This document shows positions 46,683 through 55,595 of a DNA stretch of 64,000 nt, piece after piece (positions within the stretch are counted from its first letter, which is position 1; each line of letters opens with the position of its first letter). A model generated the notes under the pieces. That model made no database searches and was not told the origin of the DNA. It was given only the letters and a program-made list of their open reading frames with translations. The stretch comes from a virus. The stretch lies in IMG/VR virus record IMGVR_UViG_3300028608_000011, positions 20,008 to 84,007 of that record. One strand, given 5' to 3'. A program made the position numbers and the translations under genes.

Positions 46683-48790
46683 TACGCGGTCTCCGCCATT
46701 TTGTTGTCCAGCGCCCAGCGCGGGATGTTTGCTGCTACCAGTGCCCGAGCCAATCCCGGAGGCACCGAGTTGCCTACCATGCGCACCTGTGCATGCTTGG
46801 CCAGTTTCTTGCCCATCACCACCTCGTGCTGGTAATCAGCCGGGAAGCCTTGGCAGCGGTACAGCTCGTGCGGCTCCAGCATTCGCATGCCGATGTCGAC
46901 GATCTGGTAGTCCTGCCCGTGGATGGTGACGATGCCAAAGCGCGCCTTGGCGGTGATGGTGTCCAGCGGCTCATCGCAGCTGACTGCGCCGCCGGTGCCG
47001 TAGAACTTGATTAGGAAGGCCTGCACCTCGGCAAAGTGATTGCCCTGCGCAGCGATCGCATCCAGCGGGCGGTCAAGTGACTGACCGTGCTGGCAGGTGC
47101 CTTTGAGTTTCACCAAGCTGCTGGCGACCAGCGCCGACTTGCCCCCGCCACCGGCGGTGATTGCACCCAGCGGCTCATCGGCGCCGTGGCCGACGCTGTT
47201 ACCGAAGTCGCGCTGGATATGCGCAACGTCGATGGCCTCGTTCAGATCCTGCACCGCATCGATCGGCTCCAGCGCGGCGGTCATCACCGAGTTGTGATCC
47301 TTGGAGGTGATCGTCGGCAGGGGTTTGTCCAGGTGCTGGCCGACCACACCAGTGTAATGCTTGAGCAGCGCGGCAACCTGAATGTGCCGGGCCTTGCTGG
47401 TGACCACTGACAGGGGTTCGTCGAAGCCTTTGGAGGTGTCGCCGCTGCTCTGGTGGTCGATGGTGGTGATGCAGCCCAGTTGAATCGGCTGCAGCTGGGC
47501 TTCCAGCACGCCAAGGGCGTGCGGTGCCCCTGCTGGCCGTGCTGCGCCGCCCCCGGCGGTGATCACCGGCAGAGGGGCATTGCAGCTGGCGCCGCCGGAA
47601 TCACCGCGGAACTTCATGATGGCTGCGGCGGACTGCAGTTCGGCTTCCACCACTGCAAATCGGGTGGCACCCGCCATGACGGTGTCCAGCGGCGCGTCAG
47701 CGCTCTGGCCGACGCTGTTCTGGTTGAACTTGCTCAGCGACACGGCCGTCAGCGCGGTGCCCAGCTTGCTGGTGAGGGTCTGCAGCGGCTCCTCCAGCGA
47801 CTGCCCGCGGAACTGGTCGTAGGCGTGGTTTGTCTTCACGAGGAAGGCGTCGTCACCGGCGCCGATCACGAACTTCTCGATGCCCTTGAAGATTCGCGCC
47901 AGTGTCTTGTCGGCCAGCGGCTTCTTGCGGTCGAAGATAGACGGGCACGGCAGGCTGAAGTCCAAGTTCTCGCCGGCGGTCTTCCACGGCTGCAACTTGC
48001 CCGGGTGGGCCAGGGCCAGCTTCTTCGGTGCGTGGGTAGGTTCCGGCCAGATGATTGGCAGCCCGTCCTTGCGGGCCATCAGGAAGAAGCGGTTGCGGGT
48101 GGTGGGGTCGCCGTAGTCGCAGGCGTTCAGGCCTTTCTCTTTCCACTCGACGGTGTAGCCAGCGGCGCGCAGCTGCTTGATGAACTGCTTGAAGATGCTG
48201 CCCGAACGCTTCTTGTCCGGCACCAGCGCCTGCTCCCAGTAGGGCACGTACTCGCCGGGCTCGCTGACCACTTCGTTCATCACAGGGTCGCCGTTCTTGT
48301 CCTTCTTTTTGTCATCGGCAACCAGTTTGATGACGCGGCCGGTCTTCTTGCAGCGCTTGGCTATGAGAGGGCCCCACGTCATGAATTCCTTCACGTTTTC
48401 CATGAAGAGCATGGCCATGTCGGACTGGCCGATCCACTTCTTGACGATCCAGGCCAGGCCGCGGATCGCTTTCTTCACCGGCTTCCCGCCCTTGGCCACG
48501 CTGAAGTGGGTGCAGTCAGGGCTGAACCAGCCCATCAAGGCTGGCTCGCCGTTCAACGCCGAGAGGATGTCGATGTCCCAGACCGACTCGTTGTAGTGCT
48601 TCGTCTCTGGGTGGTTCTGCTCGTGCATCATCAGCGCTTCGGCGTTGTGATTCACGGCGATGTCTGGGGAGCGGCCATTGGCCTGGGCGATGCCGGTGGA
48701 AGCACCGCCGCCACCTGCGAAGTTGTCGACGACCTTGCCGCCTATCCAGCGATACCCGGCGGGCACCGGGTAACTGTTGATGTCTCGCAT
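46682..48790 (-). CDS. dcm: DNA (cytosine-5) methyltransferase with repeat-containing variable region
   Basis: Motif I FAGGGG, IV SPDCTHFS, VI ENV, VIII R.RFF, IX/X RML.P.EL..CQGF..GNSV. Confidence 0.92.
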   Translation of the reverse strand: MRDINSYPVPAGYRWIGGKVVDNFAGGGGASTGIAQANGRSPDIAVNHNAEALMMHEQNHPETKHYNESVWDIDILSALNGEPALMGWFSPDCTHFSVAKGGKPVKKAIRGLAWIVKKWIGQSDMAMLFMENVKEFMTWGPLIAKRCKKTGRVIKLVADDKKKDKNGDPVMNEVVSEPGEYVPYWEQALVPDKKRSGSIFKQFIKQLRAAGYTVEWKEKGLNACDYGDPTTRNRFFLMARKDGLPIIWPEPTHAPKKLALAHPGKLQPWKTAGENLDFSLPCPSIFDRKKPLADKTLARIFKGIEKFVIGAGDDAFLVKTNHAYDQFRGQSLEEPLQTLTSKLGTALTAVSLSKFNQNSVGQSADAPLDTVMAGATRFAVVEAELQSAAAIMKFRGDSGGASCNAPLPVITAGGGAARPAGAPHALGVLEAQLQPIQLGCITTIDHQSSGDTSKGFDEPLSVVTSKARHIQVAALLKHYTGVVGQHLDKPLPTITSKDHNSVMTAALEPIDAVQDLNEAIDVAHIQRDFGNSVGHGADEPLGAITAGGGGKSALVASSLVKLKGTCQHGQSLDRPLDAIAAQGNHFAEVQAFLIKFYGTGGAVSCDEPLDTITAKARFGIVTIHGQDYQIVDIGMRMLEPHELYRCQGFPADYQHEVVMGKKLAKHAQVRMVGNSVPPGLARALVAANIPRWALDNKMAETA

Positions 48791-48829
48791 CGTATATCCT
48801 TGAGACGCCACTGGGCGTCCTTGTCGTGG

Positions 48830-49180
48830 TTAAATTCCTACAGCCTTGAGCCAGCCGATAACGACCAGTCTGACTTCCTCTTTGGCTGGCATGTCCGTAA
48901 CAAGCAGATCGACCAGCCTATCCGCCAGCGACCCTTTACCTGCCTGGCTTAACAGCTCGTACCACACCACTCCGTCCCAGTCCTCTGGGTGCTCTCGGTG
49001 CATCTTGCTGATCAGTTTCAGCGCGCGCTTTGCGGCGATGTAAAACTCGCCATTATCTGACTGCGGCGTCCGGCTGATCTCGCCTTCCTGCACCAGCTCT
49101 TCCAGCTCGTTGCTGACCATCATCGCCGAGACCAAGGCGACGATGTCGTTGGTATCGACTTTAAATTGGTTGAGAATCAT
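48830..49180 (-). CDS. Hypothetical protein
   Basis: GAGG RBS. Confidence 0.7.
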   Translation of the reverse strand: MILNQFKVDTNDIVALVSAMMVSNELEELVQEGEISRTPQSDNGEFYIAAKRALKLISKMHREHPEDWDGVVWYELLSQAGKGSLADRLVDLLVTDMPAKEEVRLVVIGWLKAVGI

Positions 49181-49211
49181 GCTGTGCCTCTTTTAATCGT
49201 GCACGCAGATA

Positions 49212-49229
49212 CCTCGCCAACTGGCGAAG
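49212..49229. promoter_or_regulatory. Palindromic operator-like motif, copy 4 (CTTCGC-CAGTTG-GCGAGG on - strand)
   Basis: Intergenic; symmetry extends to GATAC...GTATC. Confidence 0.65.
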
Positions 49230-49262
49230 TATCCTATGCAATGGGTTTGTTTGGCTAGACGG

Positions 49263-49472
49263 TTAGGAAGATTTTTCTTCCGGCTCCGGCACGACGCCGG
49301 GGATGGTGTCCATCTCGTCCATGTCGACGAAGGCGTTGAGGATCTGGCCGCAGCCTTTGCACTCAATGACCAGGTCGATCAGGGTGATGTCGTGGCAGGC
49401 TTGGCTGGCGTCCAGCGTCAGCTCACCACCGCAGGCCTTGCACTTGGTACGTTCATCCATTGGCTCGGCCAT
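49263..49472 (-). CDS. Small zinc-ribbon protein
   Basis: CKACGG...CKGCG. Confidence 0.6.
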   Translation of the reverse strand: MAEPMDERTKCKACGGELTLDASQACHDITLIDLVIECKGCGQILNAFVDMDEMDTIPGVVPEPEEKSS

Positions 49473-49474
49473 GA

Positions 49475-49678
49475 TTACTCCCCGTCGTCTTCTACAAAGA
49501 ACGATCCGCACTTGTTGCCGTTGATGTCGCGGATCGGCACTTCACCGTCCGGGTAATCCTGGTTCTCGATGCGCAGCGCGACATCCCGCAGAATGCGGGC
49601 AATCTCGCTGGCAGCAGCGTCCTCCTCGAACGCCGCGTTGCCATTGGTTTCCACGTTGACGCTGATTTTGACTGCCAT
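49475..49678 (-). CDS. Conserved small acidic phage protein
   Basis: NAAF..EIARILR..RDINGN.CG pattern. Confidence 0.7.
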   Translation of the reverse strand: MAVKISVNVETNGNAAFEEDAAASEIARILRDVALRIENQDYPDGEVPIRDINGNKCGSFFVEDDGE

Positions 49679-49681
49679 GAT

Positions 49682-49891
49682 TCACCCCAGCCGGTTTGAC
49701 GGCCACATTGATTTTTTGCCTTTCCCTTGAACCTCGACCCAGACGTACTCGACGCCGTCGATGTTCTTGGAGATGGTCTTGGAGCTGTTGCAGTTGTGCG
49801 TGACCTTCCCGGTAAAGGGCGGATCACCTCGGTCAGCAGGGCAATGCACCGTGTCACCGACCTTGAGCAATAGGGCCTTGTCGATCTTCAT
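49682..49891 (-). CDS. Small SH3-like hypothetical protein
   Basis: LKVGDTV..GKV..WVEV; GGAGG RBS. Confidence 0.65.
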   Translation of the reverse strand: MKIDKALLLKVGDTVHCPADRGDPPFTGKVTHNCNSSKTISKNIDGVEYVWVEVQGKGKKSMWPSNRLG

Positions 49892-50199
49892 GACAGCCTC
49901 CCGCGGAACAGTTCAATGACCCGGCGTGCGCGCTGCGACAACGTGCTGGCGCTGCGAGACAGCGTCAGCTCGATACGGCAGCCAGTCGGGCCCCACTGCC
50001 ATGCCTGGCGGATATGCAGCGCCGTGACGATGTTCTTCGGTGTGGTGAAGGGGCCTTCCAGCTTGCTGTCCTCTATCAGCACGCGACAGGCATGCTCCTC
50101 GAGGAATTTATTGAGTGACTCCAGCTGCGCAGCATGGGACTGGTTGAGCAGGTCGATCGCGTCGGCGCGGATCTCCTCGATGCGTTCCTGAGCGCTCAT
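49888..50199 (-). CDS. Hypothetical protein
   Basis: Coupled at both ends. Confidence 0.65.
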   Translation of the reverse strand: MSAQERIEEIRADAIDLLNQSHAAQLESLNKFLEEHACRVLIEDSKLEGPFTTPKNIVTALHIRQAWQWGPTGCRIELTLSRSASTLSQRARRVIELFRGRLS

Positions 50200-50552
50200 T
50201 TGTAGAACCTCGCCTTGGGGAATTCTTCCAGCACCTTGAGTTTTGCCGCGCGGCGGGTGACGCCGCGGACAAACATCTCGATGTGCACCACGTCACCGTC
50301 TTCGTCCTCGCCGTAATACCAAGCTCGGTACAGCCAACCGGTCTTTGGCGTGGCGGCGCCCCAGTAGGCGCCGCCGCGGTCGTAGTCACCGTCGATCATC
50401 GGCACCACCGTCAGGTGCATGGTGCCGTGGAAGTGCTCGCGGTCGGCGTCCATGGTATTGCGCCGGCCCATGGGCGCGCCGAACTTGCACGACAGCTGAG
50501 ACAACGGCTCAGGCTGTTTGGACTTGGTGTAGCAGGAGGCAATAGCGTTCAT
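50196..50552 (-). CDS. Conserved phage early protein
   Basis: GAPMGRR...DGDYDRGGAYWG motif. Confidence 0.7.
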   Translation of the reverse strand: MNAIASCYTKSKQPEPLSQLSCKFGAPMGRRNTMDADREHFHGTMHLTVVPMIDGDYDRGGAYWGAATPKTGWLYRAWYYGEDEDGDVVHIEMFVRGVTRRAAKLKVLEEFPKARFYK

Positions 50553-50553
50553 G

Positions 50554-50751
50554 TCAGCTCCGAGGAACGGGGGTTGGGTCTTTCTCTGGCAGCGCGATGA
50601 CTGCCTTGTTGTAGGAGGCATAGCCGCACTGCTGCGCGGCCTGCTCCAGAGATTTGAAGTGTGGAAGGGTCTCGCCCTTGGCCCGCGCCGTGCGGCGCAG
50701 GTTGCGGGCGATCTGTTTGATATGGCCGAGGGATCGCGCTTGTTCAACCAC
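50554..50751 (-). CDS. Small helical protein (glyoxalase-superfamily-associated N-terminal domain-like)
   Basis: IKQIARNLRR..H..SLEQAA..GY.SYN pattern. Confidence 0.55.
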   Translation of the reverse strand: MVEQARSLGHIKQIARNLRRTARAKGETLPHFKSLEQAAQQCGYASYNKAVIALPEKDPTPVPRS

Positions 50752-51010
50752 CGGTGGGATCCTCCGCATCGGTGATCGTCAGGGTCAGGGTGAACTTCTT
50801 CCACTCGCCGTTGAACTTGGCGATGAATTCGTCCTTGCGGTTGGGCAGCGATTCGATGCGCTCTACCACCGCTTTGACCGCGTCGGCGGTGAAGTCCTTA
50901 GACTCCAGCGCCACCTCCTCGGAGGTCTTGCCCATGCGGTAGACCAGGATGCGGTTGCTCAGCGGCGATCGGCCGAGGCGCAGGTTGTCCATCAGTTTGG
51001 TTTTAGCCAT
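50744..51010 (-). CDS. Conserved phage hypothetical protein
   Basis: SPLSNRI...KDFT..AV pattern. Confidence 0.65.
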   Translation of the reverse strand: MAKTKLMDNLRLGRSPLSNRILVYRMGKTSEEVALESKDFTADAVKAVVERIESLPNRKDEFIAKFNGEWKKFTLTLTITDAEDPTGG

Positions 51011-51464
51011 TGGACACCTTCCCGTCGTTGTCGGCCGACCAGTCACCGTAGTAGTGACCCTCGAAGAACAGCATGTCCTCGACGTAGGGAACCAGCAGCT
51101 CGTCCCAGCCGTCGCCAGTGGCGTGATAGTTGATTACCTTGACGCCTTCCGTGCAGAAGTACAGCGCGTCACCGCGCGGCGGTACATGGCCTTCGATGGA
51201 GTCGGCGCCGTATCCGAAGCCGTTCATCTCTTCCTGCGGCGTGGCGCGGCCATGGTTCATGTTCAGCCACAGCTTGTGTCCCGGCATTTCCGGCTCGACC
51301 AGTACACTTTCCGGGTTGCGGATCTCGGTGTGAGGGTCTTCGCCGGAGATACCCACCCGCAGATTGCTGCGGTAGGTCATGGCGGCGTACTGATCCACCT
51401 TAAGGCGCACAGTGATGCCTGGCTGAGTGGTGTTATGAAGTTTGCAGTGAGGGGCTAAGTTCAT
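51003..51464 (-). CDS. Hypothetical protein
   Basis: Tiled ORF ending YYGDWS. Confidence 0.7.
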   Translation of the reverse strand: MNLAPHCKLHNTTQPGITVRLKVDQYAAMTYRSNLRVGISGEDPHTEIRNPESVLVEPEMPGHKLWLNMNHGRATPQEEMNGFGYGADSIEGHVPPRGDALYFCTEGVKVINYHATGDGWDELLVPYVEDMLFFEGHYYGDWSADNDGKVSNG

Positions 51465-51655
51465 GATTTACCTTCTTTTTTGCAGTAAATACCGATGATT
51501 TGCTTGGCGGCTTGCACGCTCTTTGCCGAACGTGCCTTATCACCTTCGTAGCGCTGCACCTTGACCTCGGACTTGCCGGTGGTGCGGTTCTCGCAGCAGT
51601 GGATGAAGCCGCAGCGATACCCGAAGGTGTGGAACGTGTCTTTGACGTCAGTCAC
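51461..51655 (-). CDS. Small hypothetical protein
   Basis: GTGA coupling, GGAGG RBS. Confidence 0.6.
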   Translation of the reverse strand: MTDVKDTFHTFGYRCGFIHCCENRTTGKSEVKVQRYEGDKARSAKSVQAAKQIIGIYCKKEGKS

Positions 51656-51969
51656 GAGAACACCTCCCCGACCGTCACCTGCAGGATGCTGTTGAAGCTG
51701 ATAACCACCGCGTGGAACGCCGACTGGCCGGCGATCCCGCCCCACCCAGCCTCCTGCAGCATGCTGCCTTCACCGGTGGTCAAGAAATCACAGAACCCGT
51801 ACAGCTGGCCTTTGAAACGGAAGAACGCATGACCGTCCAGCTCGTCGCCGAGGTGGTCATATTCCTTGCGCTCTTGAGCCGTCAGCTCGTCGCCGGGGAA
51901 GGTGTCGCGGGCAATCAGGTTGGTGCGCACGGCGGTGCCGTCGCTGAGTATTCGTTTTGGCTTGGTCAT
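51652..51969 (-). CDS. Hypothetical protein
   Basis: FFRFKG..Y..DF..GW.G pattern. Confidence 0.7.
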   Translation of the reverse strand: MTKPKRILSDGTAVRTNLIARDTFPGDELTAQERKEYDHLGDELDGHAFFRFKGQLYGFCDFLTTGEGSMLQEAGWGGIAGQSAFHAVVISFNSILQVTVGEVFS

Positions 51970-51972
51970 GGT

Positions 51973-52173
51973 TCACTCCATATGCTTGCTGTGCTGCTGT
52001 ATCTGGGAGATTCGAGAGTCGAGCTGGTAGAACAGAGCCGCCAAGAGCGGCGCGATCTTGTAGACCGAGGCCTCTGTCAGGCGGTATCCGTTATACGGGT
52101 TCCTCCCGGTGAGGTCGTTGGCAGTGAGGACTGAGTAGCCAGGCTCCCACGGGGTGTGTGCAATTCTCGCCAT
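51973..52173 (-). CDS. Hypothetical protein (uncertain)
   Basis: Fills gap; overlaps upstream ORF. Confidence 0.4.
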   Translation of the reverse strand: MARIAHTPWEPGYSVLTANDLTGRNPYNGYRLTEASVYKIAPLLAALFYQLDSRISQIQQHSKHME

Positions 52174-52334
52174 TCCTGCAGACTCCGGCGCGTAACCACC
52201 GGTGACTTGCGTTTCCGGTCTGCCATGCGCATGACTTCGATGAATTTGTGGCACGCGCCGCGGGTGCCTTGGTAGGCCTCCTCCCATGTGCCGTCAGGTT
52301 TGCGGGTGACCACCCGATGCTGGTTGTACTTCAC
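52077..52334 (-). CDS. Hypothetical protein
   Basis: GTGA coupling to upstream gene. Confidence 0.55.
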   Translation of the reverse strand: MKYNQHRVVTRKPDGTWEEAYQGTRGACHKFIEVMRMADRKRKSPVVTRRSLQEWRELHTPRGSLATQSSLPTTSPGGTRITDTA

Positions 52335-53002
52335 ACCCGGTCACCTTCTGCTGTGAACTCAACATCGTTCGCTTCCAGCGATTCGGCCACCGCTTCATCG
52401 CTGGTCAGGTAGTCGTAGGAGCGCCCAAGGGTGCTGTAGATCCAGTCCATGAAGTCACGGAGCAGCTGGGCCACTTCGCCTTCGGCGTCACCGATGTCGC
52501 GGTACTGGTCTTCAGCGTCGGTCACTTCAATACGGGTGCAGCCGCTGTGGCTGTAGTGACCGTAGGCGGTGACCTCAGCCTCCAGACGGTAGAAGTGTTT
52601 CTTCTGGACGGCGGTCAGAGCCTTGCAGATCCGGTGCAATTCGGCGTTGTTCTCGTTCAGGACTTTCTTACCGGTTTCGTCGCGGTGGAACTCCGGCGCC
52701 TGGCCATTCAGTTCGGTTCGGCTGCCCTTGCGGTAGCTGTACGAGCCTTCGAAGCTGGCGCCATCGCCTTGGCTGCTGAACCCGCTGAAGTAGATCGAGG
52801 GCTCTTTTCCGCCGCCTTTGCGGGTGTCGATGGAGATACCCAGGCAGTCGGCGATGCGAATCGCGTCTTCGTAGACTCCGTCCCACCAATTGTGGTCTAC
52901 GTTCCAGTCGCGGTTCTTGTCCAGCGCCCGGGCCTTGGCCTCCTCGCTGAGCTGGTTGAACTTGAAAACCGGTGTTTTTATGGTGCGGTGTGACGTCCCC
53001 AT
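52331..53002 (-). CDS. Conserved mobile-element protein (family often auto-annotated 'antitoxin of toxin-antitoxin stability system')
   Basis: F.QLSEEAK..A, FSGFSSQGDGASF, ELHRI, YDYLTSDEAV...N..EFT.EG. Confidence 0.65.
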   Translation of the reverse strand: MGTSHRTIKTPVFKFNQLSEEAKARALDKNRDWNVDHNWWDGVYEDAIRIADCLGISIDTRKGGGKEPSIYFSGFSSQGDGASFEGSYSYRKGSRTELNGQAPEFHRDETGKKVLNENNAELHRICKALTAVQKKHFYRLEAEVTAYGHYSHSGCTRIEVTDAEDQYRDIGDAEGEVAQLLRDFMDWIYSTLGRSYDYLTSDEAVAESLEANDVEFTAEGDRV

Positions 53003-53078
53003 GAGAGGTACTCCGTTGGGTGTGGTGTTTCAGATGGCTCAAGTGACAAGGCTCTGGAATCCAGAGCCCTGCCTTGAA

Positions 53079-53240
53079 TCAACTGCCTTTCTTTTTGCGC
53101 AGCTTGCGCAGATGCCACCAGGCCAACACGGCAGCCAGCACCACGGCGCAGAGCACCGTGATGGCCCCGGCGATCAGGCCGATCAGTTTGATGATCAGCC
53201 ACGCCATGACGATGCAGCTGACCATCGTCAGCCAGTTCAT
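53079..53240 (-). CDS. Small membrane protein (53 aa, MNWLTMVSCIVMAWLII...RKLRKKKGS), not in the ORF track
   Basis: About 40 hydrophobic residues plus basic tail; TGATG coupling to the TAXI-like gene. Confidence 0.65.
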   Translation of the reverse strand: MNWLTMVSCIVMAWLIIKLIGLIAGAITVLCAVVLAAVLAWWHLRKLRKKKGS

Positions 53241-54154
53241 CAGCGCACGACCTTGACCGTGCTGTTGATGCCTTTGTCCACCGCGCGGCGAACCGCCGTG
53301 GTTTCGGCTTCATCCAGACCGGTCAGGTAGGCGTTGTTGAAGACCACCTGAGCACGCAGGCAGTAGGTCTTGACGTCGCTGAAGGTGCCCGGGCCTTCAA
53401 GGCCAGACGTCTTGCCTTTCGGGATCGCGCAGTGGGTGTACAGCGGATTGCCGTTGGCGTCCTTGGCATTTTCGAACGAGCTGTCGTCGACGCCGCCGAC
53501 CATGAGCTGGTTGCCGAAGTCGGACGTGATATCAGCCGGCAACATGCCTAGGCGGCCGATGTAAAGCATGCCTGCGATATCGACCCGCACGCCGCTGTCC
53601 ATCGTAAAACCCTGCGCCACGGCTTCTGCCGCGCTGTACCAGTCCTTGAACTCGACCGGCACGGCGCCGGCGTAGTCCTTGTCGGTTTTGATCCAGTTGT
53701 TGAGGGTCACGCTGGCGCCGCTGCCTTTGACGGTGGCGAAGGCGTACTTCTTCATCACCTTGTCGTCTTCCATGTCGCCAAAGTCGTCCACCTCGCCGCC
53801 CTTTGGGTAGAGCCAGTAGACGACTTCCTCGTGGGCGTTGATCGCCTTGAACGAAGCCGGCATGGGTTGGGTGATCACGGCGTCGGCCTGGATGATCGCG
53901 ATGTCGCACTCGCCAGCCTTCAGCTTCTTGGCGTTGTCGACACTGCCGCCGGTGGTCATCACCTTCAGCGTGTTGCCGACCTCGTTGGTGATCTTGCCGC
54001 CGATGCTGGTGGCCAGACCTTCGTAGAAGCCACCGACGCCGCCGGAGCAGAACTTCAGGGTGTCAGGTGGGGCGGCGTATGCCAGGCAGGAGGCAATCGA
54101 GAGCATGGCGCTGACAATCAGGCCTTGCCAGTGGCGGGACGTGGTGTGTCGCAT
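53240..54154 (-). CDS. TAXI-family (TRAP) periplasmic solute-binding protein-like
   Basis: Signal peptide (AYA-A), SGGVGGFY, TGGSVDN..L..G..DIAIIQAD, GSGA. Confidence 0.75.
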   Translation of the reverse strand: MRHTTSRHWQGLIVSAMLSIASCLAYAAPPDTLKFCSGGVGGFYEGLATSIGGKITNEVGNTLKVMTTGGSVDNAKKLKAGECDIAIIQADAVITQPMPASFKAINAHEEVVYWLYPKGGEVDDFGDMEDDKVMKKYAFATVKGSGASVTLNNWIKTDKDYAGAVPVEFKDWYSAAEAVAQGFTMDSGVRVDIAGMLYIGRLGMLPADITSDFGNQLMVGGVDDSSFENAKDANGNPLYTHCAIPKGKTSGLEGPGTFSDVKTYCLRAQVVFNNAYLTGLDEAETTAVRRAVDKGINSTVKVVR

Positions 54155-54194
54155 GGGGCATTTCCTTTTGGTTGGGGGTTGTAAAGCTGAGGTT

Positions 54195-54212
54195 TCTCGG
54201 GAGATTGCGAGG
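54195..54212. promoter_or_regulatory. Palindromic operator-like motif, copy 5 (CCTCGC-AATCTC-CCGAGA on - strand)
   Basis: Intergenic, upstream of the TAXI-like gene; shares the GTAA flank with copy 1. Confidence 0.55.
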
Positions 54213-54221
54213 TTACTCTGG

Positions 54222-54581
54222 TTACTCGGCCATTGGAACATCGCCGAGCGTGATGAGGATTGCCGGGTCACCGTCGTGGTAATAACGGCCATACAGCGCC
54301 GTCTCCCACTCCTCGGCCGACGGAATATCGCAGCCATCGGCATCGGTCAGCAGCAGGTACTCGCCGCACGGCAGCATCTTGCGCAGCGCCATGCAGCCGC
54401 CGCCGGTGTGGAACTCATCGAACCCGTAGCTGCGGGGGTCGACCGTGCAGCGCCCGCATTCCGACAGCATCGGGTTGCGGATCTGCATTTCCTGATGGGT
54501 GAACGCCAGCAGGTCGGCGGAGTAGGGCACCTTCACCTCGTTGCCGCTGGCCAGGTAGAGCGTGCAGGGGAGATTGGCCAT
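54222..54581 (-). CDS. Hypothetical protein
   Basis: HTGGGCMA...LLTD motif; GGAG RBS. Confidence 0.7.
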   Translation of the reverse strand: MANLPCTLYLASGNEVKVPYSADLLAFTHQEMQIRNPMLSECGRCTVDPRSYGFDEFHTGGGCMALRKMLPCGEYLLLTDADGCDIPSAEEWETALYGRYYHDGDPAILITLGDVPMAE

Positions 54582-54582
54582 G

Positions 54583-54786
54583 TCAGTCTCCCGCCAGTGC
54601 TTCTAGAGCTTCGTTGATGTCCTTTGCCAGCTGCCTGGCTTCCATCGGGCTGAATAAATACGGCGGCCCTGCCGGTTTTTCACGGCCCGGGTAGATCATC
54701 ACGCAGGGGTCGCCGACTGCGTTGGCGATCACATGTGCTTTGCGTGGCACCATCGCTGGGCTACTGATTCGTTTTGAACCTTTCAT
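54583..54786 (-). CDS. Hypothetical protein
   Basis: ATGA coupling, GGAGG RBS. Confidence 0.6.
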   Translation of the reverse strand: MKGSKRISSPAMVPRKAHVIANAVGDPCVMIYPGREKPAGPPYLFSPMEARQLAKDINEALEALAGD

Positions 54787-55148
54787 TGAGCCTCCTCGGC
54801 GTTACGCCGTTCGGCAAAGGTGATGGCGCGCTCCAGCATCCCGTCAAAGGCCTCGCGCCAGCGCCGTGGCACAGAGTTGCTGAACTCGACGATGTACTTG
54901 CCACCCTGCTTGAGGATCTTCGGCCGCCACATCGGCGGGATGCCGCAACCCCGGTGCCACGCCTGTTTGTTCCACATGCGCAGGTCGTCCTCATCGGCCA
55001 GGCGCATACGGTAATTTTCGCTGATGTAGGTGGTGCCACCCATGCACTGGTCAGCGTGCCAGCCGCCTACATGGGGCGACACCAGCTGCGCCAGCGCCGT
55101 GCAGCCGTGGTTGTAGCGGACGATGTCGCCGGCTTTGAACTCACTCAT
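54783..55148 (-). CDS. Hypothetical protein
   Basis: FKAGDIVR SH3-like start. Confidence 0.65.
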   Translation of the reverse strand: MSEFKAGDIVRYNHGCTALAQLVSPHVGGWHADQCMGGTTYISENYRMRLADEDDLRMWNKQAWHRGCGIPPMWRPKILKQGGKYIVEFSNSVPRRWREAFDGMLERAITFAERRNAEEAQ

Positions 55149-55338
55149 CGGGTTCATCCTCTTCGACCTGGCTGACGCGCCGATCAATTGCGTGATCGGA
55201 CTGCATCATCCAGTCCTGTGGATCGGTAGGTGCCTTGGCCATGGCAAATGCCTCGGCCTGCTCCTTGTTCTCGGCCTCGACCTCCACGTAGGTGAAGATC
55301 GTGGCCTCGGCCAGCAGGGTCACGGTGAATTTCGGCAT
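55141..55338 (-). CDS. Small acidic protein (VEVEA-x-x-x-x-x-A module)
   Basis: KFTV..VEVEAENKEQA. Confidence 0.65.
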   Translation of the reverse strand: MPKFTVTLLAEATIFTYVEVEAENKEQAEAFAMAKAPTDPQDWMMQSDHAIDRRVSQVEEDEPDE

Positions 55339-55595
55339 GTCGCGTTCCTGTTTTCGATGGCCGCCTTGATCTTTTCGATCGTGTCCGGGTGGGCGTAGTA
55401 GGTGCCGTTGAAGCAGATGATTTCATCGCTGGCTACCCACTTCGTCACGTACTTGGTCTTCTTGAACGGCTGCCATGGCCAGCTGAACAAGCGCTCTTTC
55501 CAGCTGCGCTCAATTTCTTCATTTCTGGGCACGCTGAGCAGTTCGTTCGGGTAAAACCGCTGCCCGTTGAGGATGGTGCTAAGTGGCTGCGGCAT
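55320..55595 (-). CDS. Hypothetical protein
   Basis: RSWKERLFSWPWQP motif; TAATG coupling. Confidence 0.7.
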   Translation of the reverse strand: MPQPLSTILNGQRFYPNELLSVPRNEEIERSWKERLFSWPWQPFKKTKYVTKWVASDEIICFNGTYYAHPDTIEKIKAAIENRNATCRNSP

